A DNA stretch of 64,000 nucleotides from a virus (IMGVR_UViG_3300028591_000074:1-64000), one strand, 5' to 3'; shown: positions 48,701 through 58,843, counted from the stretch's first letter. The notes: a model not told the origin generated them from the letters alone. Numbers and translations are program-made.

Positions 48701-49579
48701 TACGAACATTCCGGTTCTATGAAGATGTTGACAAACTTTTATAAGTGGCATTTCCACCTGCCAAATCAGATCTGCAAGTTTGCTAAGATTTGCTTTTTCA
48801 CATTTCGGATGACCTTTGGTAGCATATGGCAACTGCCACTTGAATAATTCATAAGTTATCTTTGCATCATTTGCAGCATAAAGTTTTGCAACTTCCGGCT
48901 TACTGTAAGGGAACAGCTGTGGAGTAAAGAAATCACTAAACTTCTTTGGATCCCCTTTACCATGTAAAACGTACTTATTGTAAAGAACCTTCAATGCGTT
49001 ATCTTTTTCGTTCTCCTTTAAGCATCTCCATGCCAAGATTACATCATAATAGCAGACATCACATAAATCTACATGCATATCTTTGTAAATCATAGATAAG
49101 TCGAAGTCTGCATTTGCAAAAATCAACTTAATATTTGAATCTGCTAATCGTTGAAATTCTTCACCAACATCCTCGTAGGATAATTGGTTTTTATATGGTT
49201 CATCAAATATTGGAACCAAATGGCGAATAGGAATATAACACTCAACACCACCGGGGTAGTATAAAGATGCACCTACAATTGTATCCTTTATACGATCAAG
49301 TCCGGTGGTCTCGGTGTCTATTCCAGCATAACCAGATTCTATTGCTTTCGTGACGTAATCATGGAGTTCTTCCTTAGATTGAATCAAAATTGCTTTTGAA
49401 TCTTTGAAGTATTCAATTACTTTTGCAGACATCTCAGCAAGTTGATCTGTAATACTGGATGCCTTACCGGATTGTTTCTTTGTGGAAGTTACAAGTTCTT
49501 TGCTTTTTGCTGCGATTCTGTTCACATCGGCTATTTGATCTTCTGTCCAGAATCCCATACATATAGCTCCTTCACACAA
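45791..49579 (-). CDS. polA: family A DNA polymerase with intein
   Basis: DTET exo, TGRFSS.NPNLQNIP, DYSAQEPR, K...LGITYG, VQGSAAD, VHDE. Confidence 0.93.
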   Translation of the reverse strand: MCEGAICMGFWTEDQIADVNRIAAKSKELVTSTKKQSGKASSITDQLAEMSAKVIEYFKDSKAILIQSKEELHDYVTKAIESGYAGIDTETTGLDRIKDTIVGASLYYPGGVECYIPIRHLVPIFDEPYKNQLSYEDVGEEFQRLADSNIKLIFANADFDLSMIYKDMHVDLCDVCYYDVILAWRCLKENEKDNALKVLYNKYVLHGKGDPKKFSDFFTPQLFPYSKPEVAKLYAANDAKITYELFKWQLPYATKGHPKCEKANLSKLADLIWQVEMPLIKVCQHLHRTGMFVDKDVARKLMIRYKNRYNNELEKLADIVDKELEKSTTIPTFGKKAFTTGKEFNPNSNTHVKYLLYVVMALDKPDGTDSTGKEVLGELNLPVTNQILKVRSLDTLISTFVDKLPKSTTPDSRIHAEFKSIGADCIVGGSILPTPSGYFRIGDICNSHNCIESEHVEVDDVVILNKDQIPESVASVIKYTDYPTIKITTEFGFELEGTYNHPIMVSKYTSSDRVLLGSDELSGFWEERHFKKLEEIKVGDYVELPCNYSSQITPEYQKTGLVVAPYKYGGRTDNDCRLPEFYDEDFALLLGMYHADGSTKNRCGTFRLIMSNDDPEVISEFDRLCVKLFNLKSAYYDDSREHYGGESSVNCIRIADLDRILSHSKQNKKIPESIFKSPVSVINSYIRGMTLDSTVCRDSAGRALFELSICNEEDARFVQMHLASQGIICSKLWNHNKYGKSPRMKFNADNYIRFRDVIGFVESKKYIDTKCSCKNQYESRRIGNSFRVKVKSITYSSNTVYDLHVPKTHSFISNGIISHNTGRFSSRNPNLQNIPSHAEDIRHIFRATPGYAIISSDYSAQEPRITAFVANEKSMIKAFQENRDVYASIASLSFNLPYERCLEHHPETGEYQADGYARRNEAKKILLGITYGRSVPSIAEQLFGKNKDMSEDEKVESAQKIYDAVLNAFPNIRAIMIATQKKARQYGYTETILGRRRHLPDMQLPEYDFVPLDGYVNPDVDPLDPSTLKNKDAIPDRIKQALQQEFRSFKSRGKVYKRMRELHDRYHIQVVNNRSKIARATRQCLNAVVQGSAADQSKLAMLKLESNEEWKAIGGRMLVPVHDEIIAEVPLEHVKRGGELLSSMMCEAADFLPFPSKCDVTTSIRWKGLEYPCQYPKPKSLTNLTEDEVKWVQYHLCECEYVLPVYKDENGEKPKGDASVGVNGVVSDEYLQCIAECKQELNATSDEDFIEKVENYVVNYIK
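47120..48307 (-). mobile_element. LAGLIDADG intein (396 aa) in PolA
   Basis: GAD|CIVGG...VYDL.V...SHN|TGR; LLGMYHADG. Confidence 0.92.
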
Positions 49580-49616
49580 AAATTAGGGTAGATGATTTAC
49601 ACCTACCCTAACTGTT

Positions 49617-50312
49617 TTAAAAATCTACATCATCAATGTCACTATCCGATGGATCTTCACCAATGTCATCCAAAGATGCATCGACAGATACAGGATCATA
49701 GACTGGTGTAGATGCACCACCCGTTGTACGTGGTGTAACTGAATAGTCCGGAAGATCATCTTCAATAGAACTGCTTGTAGAATTTACAAACAGTGCCTGA
49801 AGTTCTTCCGAGGACATATCCTTGCAGATATTCTCATAGGAATCTGGCATCTTGATATTGAACTTCTCAAGAATTTCCTGATATGTCATAGGTGACTTAC
49901 TGTAAAGTTTAATATTATAAGTTGTGTTAATATCACCAGCAATACCTTCACGTGTTATACGGAATACGTAGTTGCTCGGATTGTCACACTTCTTAAATAC
50001 ATCACGATTCAGCTGCTTTTCAAAAGCTACACCTCTATCCCAAAACAGGAATTCATCTGTAGTCAGATTGTAAAGCGGAATAAACAGTTTATTCTGAACT
50101 TTAATCTTCCTACCGCATACCGGACAATTTCTCCCGATACACTGAACATATCCACTGTAGTCAGCAGACTTTACATAGTGGACATCTGCCAAGAGAACAT
50201 CATTGTAACTCTGGTACAGGAAAACTACATCTGCGAAATCGCCATTATCGGGCAGAATAAATTTTCCTTTGTACTTTTCTTCGTTGTACTGTGCTGCATT
50301 TTTAAATGCCAT
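49617..50312 (-). CDS. ssDNA-binding protein (gp32-like)
   Basis: H...C....CPVC, acidic tail DIDDVDF; start MAFKN behind AGGAGG. Confidence 0.7.
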   Translation of the reverse strand: MAFKNAAQYNEEKYKGKFILPDNGDFADVVFLYQSYNDVLLADVHYVKSADYSGYVQCIGRNCPVCGRKIKVQNKLFIPLYNLTTDEFLFWDRGVAFEKQLNRDVFKKCDNPSNYVFRITREGIAGDINTTYNIKLYSKSPMTYQEILEKFNIKMPDSYENICKDMSSEELQALFVNSTSSSIEDDLPDYSVTPRTTGGASTPVYDPVSVDASLDDIGEDPSDSDIDDVDF

Positions 50313-50422
50313 GTCAAACCCCTCCTTTTGGATTTTCGATGTTATACATATATAATAACGATACACCGATTCAAAATCTCAAATCGATGCACCGTTAATA
50401 CCATATTGAAGATGCTATAACT

Positions 50423-51112
50423 TTATGCATACATAGCAACCTGTTCCGGTTCAAGCAGAGCCATAAGATCATCCTTCAAATCTTCAATAATCTCCATTCT
50501 CTTAGAATCACTGATTCGGTTGGATTCCCACTTTTTAAACTTTTTAATCATGTCCGGAGCATCCTGCTTATAAGTTGTCCAATCCATCTTGTCGCCAAGA
50601 AGTTCTGCAACAACTACAATAGTTTCTCTGCCCTTAGACTCAATCAAATCCCAAAATGCCTGACGATTTGCATCAACATCATAAGATTCATCTATGGATG
50701 AACCGATCATAGTATCAAAGATATCATGTTCATCATCAAACCCAGGAACTTCACTAATGTTACATTCGTTATCATTTCTTGACTTAAGACTTCCGGCACG
50801 AACCAAGCACTTAAGACAGTTTGAACATACAGTAAAAATATAGGACTTCTCAAATCTCTTCGGATTATTTTTTATGATCTCAACATTCTTACTAAGATAC
50901 TGAATAACAGTTTCTACTGCATCTGTATCAGATACATAACTTGCGTTATTCTTATACCATGCAAGTGTAATCTGCTCATAGAACTGAACAAAAAGAACCG
51001 CTGCCTTAAGATCATCAGATGTATTCATCCATTCGTCAAAAGACATCGGTTTCTTATAATTAACATACTCTGCGAAAAGTTTACGTGTAGCGACAAATTC
51101 GGTAGTAGTCAT
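50423..51112 (-). CDS. sigma-factor-like protein
   Basis: DAV...F..SYIFTVCSN resembles sigma region 2; TTGACT-17-TATAAT promoter near 51185-51213. Confidence 0.45.
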   Translation of the reverse strand: MTTTEFVATRKLFAEYVNYKKPMSFDEWMNTSDDLKAAVLFVQFYEQITLAWYKNNASYVSDTDAVETVIQYLSKNVEIIKNNPKRFEKSYIFTVCSNCLKCLVRAGSLKSRNDNECNISEVPGFDDEHDIFDTMIGSSIDESYDVDANRQAFWDLIESKGRETIVVVAELLGDKMDWTTYKQDAPDMIKKFKKWESNRISDSKRMEIIEDLKDDLMALLEPEQVAMYA

Positions 51113-51295
51113 AACTGTAATCCTCCGTTCATTCGAAATCTTGATATCTGTTGATTAGGTTTAAATTGTTGTTACTACGGTTCTATTATAGATAATACTA
51201 CATAAAAAGTCAACTACTATTTTGGAAACATTAACTAAAAAATTATCATTATTATCTTGATGAAAATGAAGAATAACCTTCATAATCATCTATAT

Positions 51296-52285
51296 TTAAT
51301 CTCTGCTTTCGTATAACTGATCAAATTCATCTTTTGTGCAATCATTCAAATCTTTTCCATCTGGCATACGAATAGCCCAAACCATTGCTACAGACTTCAA
51401 TGCTTTCTTCAACTTCTCTGTAGCCTTATGCCCAGCTTCATCACCATCCATACATATCACAAAGTTCTGTGCACCAATTTCCTTCAACTGTTGAATCTGG
51501 TATCTGTTACCTGTTCCAAGCAATGCCACCGCATGATATCCATATACAGTTGCTGTTATTGCATTAATTGCACTCTCGCACACAACAACAGTTTTTACAC
51601 CTTTTGGCAACACATCCAATCCAAATACAGGCTTTGTTACACCTTCCGGATAGTTATATAATTTTCCCTTAACGCTTCTGCGACAAAAGAATAAAGTTCT
51701 ACCTTCACGGTCACGCACCGGAATTGTAATGCATGGTACAGGTTTCTTTCTTCCAGGTGGAATCCAATTGGCATCATATCCTATGTCAAACAATTCAATA
51801 ACTTCATCAGTCATCTTTCGCTCATACATATATGGGATTGTAAACCGATAGGATGCGAGTTCTTCTTCGGATATATATGTCTGCACTTTGTTTTCCTGTT
51901 CCTTGATATATTCCAACGCATACTTATTGGAAAGTGCATCCATAGTATCACGTGGTATAAGATATTCAAAGTCTGGATTTTCTTCATAGTCTGAAATATT
52001 CTCACTCAGCCATTCTTTTGCAGTTTTGTGTATTCCATGGGATTTTAGAATTTCATCGATACCACGTTCAAGACTTCTTGATCCACAGACAAAACAATTG
52101 AATGTTCCAGATTTATATGACATACCTCCAAGGGATGTTCCATGGATAGACACACCACAGGATGGTTTCTTCTCCTGTCCATTATTATGAAATGGACAGA
52201 AGATAGAATACCAATCACCCATGATACGGTTGGTTCGGATAAGTTTATGTGATTCTAAAGTTTCTACAACATTTATAATATCCAT
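51296..52285 (-). CDS. dnaG: DnaG-like primase
   Basis: CPFH Zn finger, CES..., MDGDEAG TOPRIM, KDLND. Confidence 0.9.
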   Translation of the reverse strand: MDIINVVETLESHKLIRTNRIMGDWYSIFCPFHNNGQEKKPSCGVSIHGTSLGGMSYKSGTFNCFVCGSRSLERGIDEILKSHGIHKTAKEWLSENISDYEENPDFEYLIPRDTMDALSNKYALEYIKEQENKVQTYISEEELASYRFTIPYMYERKMTDEVIELFDIGYDANWIPPGRKKPVPCITIPVRDREGRTLFFCRRSVKGKLYNYPEGVTKPVFGLDVLPKGVKTVVVCESAINAITATVYGYHAVALLGTGNRYQIQQLKEIGAQNFVICMDGDEAGHKATEKLKKALKSVAMVWAIRMPDGKDLNDCTKDEFDQLYESRD

Positions 52286-52299
52286 AATGTTTTACCTAC

Positions 52300-53649
52300 T
52301 TAGAACTCAACTTCTTCATCATCAGAGAAGTCATCCAAAATTGCGGCATCTGAATCCATAGTGTGTGGTGTACCTACGGAAATGTTTGGCGCATTTACAC
52401 CTGCCATTGGATCTTCTGTGTCATCACCCGGAAGATACTGCATATTACCAGTGTTAATATCCCAAGCATAACTTACAATCGGTCTTTGGTTATTTGCCAT
52501 ACGTGCTTTTTCAAGTCGGATATCGATTACATGTTTATCAAAAATCTGACGAAGTGCAAATGCCTGAGTACAAATACGAGCAGGATGGTCTGATGATTCA
52601 ATGTTATACAGATTCGGGAATGGTTCACCCTTATCATCTTTACTCTCACGTGTTTCACGGTTTGCCTGTACTGCTACAACAACTGCACATCCATAAAGTT
52701 TACTTAATCTGAAAAGATCGGCACAAATGTTTTTGTATTTAATATGGTCTGGTTCATTCTTCCCACCACTTGCATCTGACATATAAGAAAGACCATCAAT
52801 GATAACAAGTTTGATTCCATATTTCCGAACAAATCCAGTAATACCTGGTACATCCACTACACCTTCAGACATATTAGCATCTTCCAAGATAAATGCAGGG
52901 GCAATATCTTCCGGCAATTTACGAATATATTCTTCGTATTGATCTGTATACTTTCCTTGAAAAAGTTGGCTATTTTGGAAATGTCCTCTCCATGTATCAA
53001 ATCTTGTAGCAAGATAAGATGCTTGCATCTCCGGCGAATAGTAAAGTACTGGGAAACCATTGGCTTGTGCCGATTCCATCATCTTTGTACATATCCATGA
53101 CTTACCAGATCCAGTTCTTGCCAAAATCAGTAACAATTCTTCCACAGTCGATAATCCACCGTACATAAGTTTATCAATCTGTGGAAATCCAGTTGGAATA
53201 CGTTGTTGCTTTGCATATTCCTGAACCTGTTTTGCTCTGGCAGGTGCATCATGAATAATATCAGTTGGTTTAGAATCGGATAAGTCATAAGCCTTATCAC
53301 ACTGCATAGAAAGATATTTCCATGCATCAGACACATCACCATCACCTAAATCTTTCAACTTATTAAAAGTTTCACGAAGGAGAATAGTTTTCTTGTTCTT
53401 CTTAATCTCACGTGCAAGGTATGTAAATGGCTCATCTACCCTAACTAAGTTTACATCTGGAAACTTTGCCAAAAATGTAAATGCATCCGGTACAGTTTTA
53501 TATTTAGCAAAATGATCCAGAATAAACTGAATAGGTTGCTTGTATATAGCATAGTATGATTGATCAAAGGAGCAAAGTTCATTTAATTCCTGTTCATCAT
53601 TACTAGTGAGTATTCTTGATATAACTTGAATTTCAATTGCTGAAGTCAA
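52300..53649 (-). CDS. dnaB: DnaB-like replicative helicase
   Basis: ARTGSGKS, SPEM, IIDGL, QANR. Confidence 0.9.
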   Translation of the reverse strand: MTSAIEIQVISRILTSNDEQELNELCSFDQSYYAIYKQPIQFILDHFAKYKTVPDAFTFLAKFPDVNLVRVDEPFTYLAREIKKNKKTILLRETFNKLKDLGDGDVSDAWKYLSMQCDKAYDLSDSKPTDIIHDAPARAKQVQEYAKQQRIPTGFPQIDKLMYGGLSTVEELLLILARTGSGKSWICTKMMESAQANGFPVLYYSPEMQASYLATRFDTWRGHFQNSQLFQGKYTDQYEEYIRKLPEDIAPAFILEDANMSEGVVDVPGITGFVRKYGIKLVIIDGLSYMSDASGGKNEPDHIKYKNICADLFRLSKLYGCAVVVAVQANRETRESKDDKGEPFPNLYNIESSDHPARICTQAFALRQIFDKHVIDIRLEKARMANNQRPIVSYAWDINTGNMQYLPGDDTEDPMAGVNAPNISVGTPHTMDSDAAILDDFSDDEEVEF

Positions 53650-54275
53650 ACATTACCACCACCTTCCCCCGGCTTGATAATGTTATTCTTCATCATATTG
53701 ACAAGCATATCGAAAAATAGACTCTTCTTTCCACTTACAAGAGAACCTATCTGTGGTGATACAAGTATAGTAACTAAATTATTTGCCTGTCTCTGTTGAA
53801 TCAGATTCAACATTGTCTGTGATTCAAAATCTTTGAAGTCTACATAATCAAAATTAGATATAATCAGAACCTTTGCGGTTTCTGACCAAATCTTCATGTA
53901 CTGATAGTTGTCTGTTTCTGGGCCAGTCCATGTTTTCTTTGTTTCATCTATGAACTTAGAATACTTTAAATTATAAACATTGCAATGTAGCCTACTGCCC
54001 TTCCAATATTTGCAGATGGAACAATATGTAAGTAAATCTGCACTCTGTATAGTTGTATCACTGGAAGATACATATACACCTAATTTGCTGGAACGATTTT
54101 CTGCAACGGATAAAACACGTAACATATTTTGCACTTTATCTTCAGATGCAGAAAATACAGGATTGTTGAAGTTCAGATTATTTCTTTCCAACAGATAGGA
54201 TGTTTCCACCAATACAGGACAAGATTTGTCGCAGAAGGCTTCAGTACAATGTGCAGTAAAAATACAATTATGCAT
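53646..54275 (-). CDS. DnaC/DnaI-like helicase loader (degenerate)
   Basis: VLII, LIQQR...TILVS; adjacent to helicase. Confidence 0.5.
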   Translation of the reverse strand: MHNCIFTAHCTEAFCDKSCPVLVETSYLLERNNLNFNNPVFSASEDKVQNMLRVLSVAENRSSKLGVYVSSSDTTIQSADLLTYCSICKYWKGSRLHCNVYNLKYSKFIDETKKTWTGPETDNYQYMKIWSETAKVLIISNFDYVDFKDFESQTMLNLIQQRQANNLVTILVSPQIGSLVSGKKSLFFDMLVNMMKNNIIKPGEGGGNV

Positions 54276-55470
54276 CTTTCAGCCTCCTTAATATTGGATT
54301 TCTGGACATCTTATAATTTACTCTGGCAGTAACACATTTCTTAGCCATCTGTAAAATGTTATCGTATCCCATATTCATATAGTCCGTTGGTGAAGTAAAT
54401 AGTGTGAGAAATGGATCTAATGTGCCGTAAAGTTTATACTTATGATCAATACCATTAATGTCACGTTCGAGTAGATACCGCCTTACAACATATTCTTTCA
54501 CGTATTCCTTTGTATATGGAATTAGATTAGATTCCGGTAAGGTATTCCAAACTTCTGATACCTTATGAAGTTCTCCATCAATCTCTATAGTTGAATAAAA
54601 ACTATCTAAGTTTCCATCGACTTGTTTTAACAATCTAAATATGTGCGGATACTTCACAATATTATCCACAAGCTGTGCCTTTGTATATCCATCAATCGGT
54701 AAGATTATCCCAAGTTTCGGATCAAGTAACAAATCACCATATGGTTCATACATACAAGCAGCGCGAGTTCGAATCAAGCAATTTGGATATAATTTCCGTA
54801 AATCAGTATCTGACATTTTACTTACATCCGTAGTCATAGAAATTTCATTCTGCTTTGTAGGTATGATTGGGTAACTTGGATAGATTACATACGCAGTATC
54901 ATCAATTATACCGGATCTCCATGGATGTGATATGTCGAATCTAGGAACCACAGGTGGTTGTATGTATAAATCGCTTTTATCGGTTGGAACTACAGCTGGA
55001 TTCGATGTATGTTGTGTTGAACCTGCCATAGTTGGGTTAACTGCAAACTGACGAATCGGTGTTTGCACTGCAACCGGTGCAACATTAGATACATTAACTG
55101 TGGAATCAATCAATGTTTGAGATTCAGAATCTGAATCGGATGACTGTTCCGGAACATTGGACCAATCAATATCCCTTGTGGAAATATATAAATCACCCAA
55201 TGTTTCTTCTAGTTCATCATCATCAGTATGTCGATATGTATGTATCGGATCTGTTTCATCCCAACTGAATGGCATAGAATCTGATGACATATACATATAA
55301 GTAACACAGTTAATTGCATGAACTACCTGCAATTTTTCAGTATGTTTCCCAGTAAATGTTTCGAGAAATTGATCAATCAAAGCTGCATGTACAGTTGATA
55401 ACTTACCACGGATAGATGGGGGATATGGCAATTTTGTAGTCAGTTGTAAAAAGTCTATAGACTTACGCAT
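54268..55470 (-). CDS. hypothetical protein
   Basis: ORF track. Confidence 0.75.
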   Translation of the reverse strand: MRKSIDFLQLTTKLPYPPSIRGKLSTVHAALIDQFLETFTGKHTEKLQVVHAINCVTYMYMSSDSMPFSWDETDPIHTYRHTDDDELEETLGDLYISTRDIDWSNVPEQSSDSDSESQTLIDSTVNVSNVAPVAVQTPIRQFAVNPTMAGSTQHTSNPAVVPTDKSDLYIQPPVVPRFDISHPWRSGIIDDTAYVIYPSYPIIPTKQNEISMTTDVSKMSDTDLRKLYPNCLIRTRAACMYEPYGDLLLDPKLGIILPIDGYTKAQLVDNIVKYPHIFRLLKQVDGNLDSFYSTIEIDGELHKVSEVWNTLPESNLIPYTKEYVKEYVVRRYLLERDINGIDHKYKLYGTLDPFLTLFTSPTDYMNMGYDNILQMAKKCVTARVNYKMSRNPILRRLKDA

Positions 55471-56362
55471 GTTTTCTCACCTCCCATCCAAGCGTTGTAA
55501 AAACTTCAGGATGACTAGCATAATCTGTGTATGAATCCAAAACAGATGGATTCAATTCACTACACAAATCATAGACTGCCCCTTCACTAAGAAATAAATC
55601 ATCTGATGTATGTGTACAGAGTTCAGACAACCCATTGTCCAAAAGAATATCCCAAAGTACTGCGGCTTCCATTGTCATATCATCTGCACACATATCACGT
55701 TCAAATTGATACAAATCATACGGAATCGAATACAAATTAGGTGAATCAGATTCCGCAAGTAACCCATCAACCCAAGATCTTACATTTTTATCCAAGTCAA
55801 GATAGGTATTATCCCGAATGGCTTTTCCATACATAAGAACAATATCACGCACCCATACAGGAAACTTCTTCATGTTGTAACGAAACCCAGAGGTTCGTAC
55901 TGTCTGTCTAAACCGTACATCAAACCAATACCAAAGAAACTTAGCACACCTACTAACGTAGTCATACTTAAAGTCAACTGTGGCAATAGATTGAAGTACA
56001 TCCGTATATTTACGAAGCGCACCCTTCTTTGAATTTGTGAAAGTATTGGATGTGGAATTGGAACTTGATGTAGATTCGGAAGATACTCCGGCAAAACTCC
56101 GCAACTGATCCAACTGTGCTTGCATACTCTGAATTGCATTTGCAATATTCGGCATAGGTTCAGAATTAAACTCCACAATATCTTCCGCAAGAGCTTCATC
56201 CTGAATTACACTGGATATTACAGTAACAACTTCCATACAAGTATCCGCAAGTTCTTTTAATCTGTCACGGGACTTTTGATACATCCTTGGCTTAGATTCA
56301 GCCAAATCTTGAGCGTAGGCAAGAAGTTTCTTGATACTCTTTTCAGCACTATTGATATCCAT
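55463..56362 (-). CDS. hypothetical protein
   Basis: ORF track. Confidence 0.75.
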   Translation of the reverse strand: MDINSAEKSIKKLLAYAQDLAESKPRMYQKSRDRLKELADTCMEVVTVISSVIQDEALAEDIVEFNSEPMPNIANAIQSMQAQLDQLRSFAGVSSESTSSSNSTSNTFTNSKKGALRKYTDVLQSIATVDFKYDYVSRCAKFLWYWFDVRFRQTVRTSGFRYNMKKFPVWVRDIVLMYGKAIRDNTYLDLDKNVRSWVDGLLAESDSPNLYSIPYDLYQFERDMCADDMTMEAAVLWDILLDNGLSELCTHTSDDLFLSEGAVYDLCSELNPSVLDSYTDYASHPEVFTTLGWEVRKHA

Positions 56363-56426
56363 GAAACTCTCCCCCTCTTAGCATCCCATAGTGTCATAAT
56401 CTGAAAATTATAACGATTTTAGATAC

Positions 56427-56590
56427 AAAAAGTGCGACGTTGAAGTGTGAGCATCCTCTTTCCCAGCCGAACCATTCTGACACCATTTACCGCGGTATGG
56501 TCGAAGTTTCGTAAAGCGGAACTGTGTGGGGTTGTGGGTGCGGCCACTTATCCACCAGATAATCACACTTCAACGCCGCACTCGTTGTGT
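56427..56590 (-). ncRNA. candidate ~160-nt structured RNA
   Basis: 20-bp closing inverted repeat, T5 tail, TTGCAA-17-TATATT promoter at 56597-56625. Confidence 0.5.
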
Positions 56591-56900
56591 AATCTGAATA
56601 TATCATACTGATTTACAGATTGCAAGCAGCAATTTTAAAAAGTTTCGTGTGAAGGGAAGGGGGTAGGGGGTTAGGATGTTGTAATGAGTGCGGGGTAGTA
56701 GATTTTTATTTCCCTTAAATTTTCTATTTCTAAATCCACCAAATTTTATTTATTTTATTTAGGATTTTAATGTTTTATTAATATATTTTATTAATATATA
56801 GGGGCAGAAAATAAGCAAATCTGCAAAAATTCATCATACATTTTTGTAATATTACAATTTTGTATATTTATAATTTTAAATAAATATGTAGGATTTATAA

Positions 56901-56929
56901 TTGACATTTTATTCAATTTGGATTATAAT
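56901..56929 (+). promoter_or_regulatory. consensus sigma-A promoter
   Basis: TTGACA-17-TATAAT. Confidence 0.8.
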
Positions 56930-57075
56930 GAATAAAATAAATGTCGGATATTTGCAAAAATGTATTTATTACTGAATCTCAGATAATTCTCTACAAGTTT
57001 AGAATGTGCATGATTATAAATATTTGTAAAAATGCAAATATTCATAAAATAAAAATAAGGAGAAGTACAAGTATT

Positions 57076-57648
57076 ATGGAAGAATGGAAACAGATTAAAG
57101 GTTTGCCAAGTTGCTATGAAATTTCATCTGCTGGCAATATCCGAATTGATTGGGTAGATCATTATGAACCTGTAGAAACTAAGGATATTAAAACAGGGAC
57201 TGTTGCCTATATACTTAGTAACACCTATAAAGTTCATAGACTTGTTGCAGAAGCGTTTCTACCTAACCCTGAGGATAAGAAAATGGTACGTCACAAAGAT
57301 GGTAATCTACATAATAATGATGTATCAAACTTAGAATGGGTAAATCGATCCGAGGAATCTAAACGAATGATTTCATCTGGGAAAGTAAAAGGCAAACGGA
57401 TATATTGTAAAGAAACAGATAAGCTATATGCCACATTAACTACTGCATCAGCATGTACAGGAGTTCCAATCTGCGCGATTGAATTTGGGATTGCAAACAA
57501 TCAGAAAATGTTTGGTTATGAATTTACGGAAGTATCCGGTGATGTAAATTTTGATGAAAATATAGCATTTTTATCTAAGTCAGATATTATCAACCTTGGA
57601 GTTAATTATACATCTACAGAGATTTTGCATAATATAGAAAGGATGTGA
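57076..57648 (+). CDS. HNH homing endonuclease (NUMOD4-HNH)
   Basis: EEWK.I, VHRLVAEAF, HKDGN..NN...NLEW. Confidence 0.88.
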   Translation: MEEWKQIKGLPSCYEISSAGNIRIDWVDHYEPVETKDIKTGTVAYILSNTYKVHRLVAEAFLPNPEDKKMVRHKDGNLHNNDVSNLEWVNRSEESKRMISSGKVKGKRIYCKETDKLYATLTTASACTGVPICAIEFGIANNQKMFGYEFTEVSGDVNFDENIAFLSKSDIINLGVNYTSTEILHNIERM

Positions 57649-57652
57649 TTTT

Positions 57653-58816
57653 ATGACTCAGACGTATCCCCCGTTACAGATACTCAATGGATTTAGTAAA
57701 TATGGTGGTGGATTTGAATCGTTTAAGAATCTATTTAACTTTATCAGTGGTGTAGAAAATATAACTCGCCAAGATGTTATAGATTTCTTCACAAATCCAG
57801 AGTTTTTATGCAATCCACCGGATCATTTGGTAAAAGTTAGTAAACCTCCGTTCTCCGCTATAGAGTCTATAATGATTAACAATGGCTATTCATTATTTAA
57901 GATAGCAGGATATCCGCAGAAAGTATTAGAAGCAGATGACTTTAGTGTATCTGCTGAGATGCGAGATTTGTTCTTTACATCTATCTTGTGGGAGGAATGG
58001 AGTTTTACAAAACAAGTATTCAAGCCAGATATGTATTTTGCAGACTCACTGATTCATACAAACAACTTGCAAATATCAAAACATATGATACAACATCTGC
58101 CATGTAATATATTTTACTTAGATTTATCTGACTGTCCACAATTTGGTGCTATTTGTGGTGTATTAGTGTATATAAACAGTAAAGATACAGAATGTAGAGT
58201 CACAATGTATCTTGTATCAAATACACTTGGATTATACTCATTCTATATATCAAGTAAATATGATGAACGAAATTTACTTCAGATAAATGCAGATTCTATC
58301 AAATCCGTTGGTGAAAATCAGTTTACTGGATATAATTTGGATTCTGTATTTTCTGATAAAAATTCTACATATGATATTCCAAAGAAACTATATACAATGT
58401 CACGTGCAGAAATCCACTTGTTTGTGCTTCAAATGATTAGTTATTTATCTATAGATGAACCACAGATTACAGAATCAGATCTTACTAAACGTACATATAG
58501 GCCGCGTGCAGCTAGTTCTCCTATCCGTAACAAGTGGTCAGAAGTTAAAATTGACGATGTTGGTGTTGTTTATGGCAAATCGTTTAGAAAACAATTGGAA
58601 GAAATCAAGAAAGATACTACAGAAGAATCTGATTCAGATACGGATGAATCTAAACAAAGGAAGAGAAGGAAGTCACCTGCTCCGCATTTCCGGTCAGCAC
58701 ATTGGTCTAAATATTGGGTTGGTAAGGGAAGAACTGACCTTAAGGTAAATTGGATCGAGCCGACATTTGTAGGCGCAAAGCAGAGTAAAAATGTAGTAAT
58801 ACACACCGTGGAATAG
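57653..58816 (+). CDS. AcrVA2/FinQ-like protein
   Basis: C-terminal SPAPHFRSAHWSKYWVG...WIEPTFV. Confidence 0.55.
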   Translation: MTQTYPPLQILNGFSKYGGGFESFKNLFNFISGVENITRQDVIDFFTNPEFLCNPPDHLVKVSKPPFSAIESIMINNGYSLFKIAGYPQKVLEADDFSVSAEMRDLFFTSILWEEWSFTKQVFKPDMYFADSLIHTNNLQISKHMIQHLPCNIFYLDLSDCPQFGAICGVLVYINSKDTECRVTMYLVSNTLGLYSFYISSKYDERNLLQINADSIKSVGENQFTGYNLDSVFSDKNSTYDIPKKLYTMSRAEIHLFVLQMISYLSIDEPQITESDLTKRTYRPRAASSPIRNKWSEVKIDDVGVVYGKSFRKQLEEIKKDTTEESDSDTDESKQRKRRKSPAPHFRSAHWSKYWVGKGRTDLKVNWIEPTFVGAKQSKNVVIHTVE

Positions 58817-58843
58817 GATTTTCAAAAAATTTCAAATTAACTA

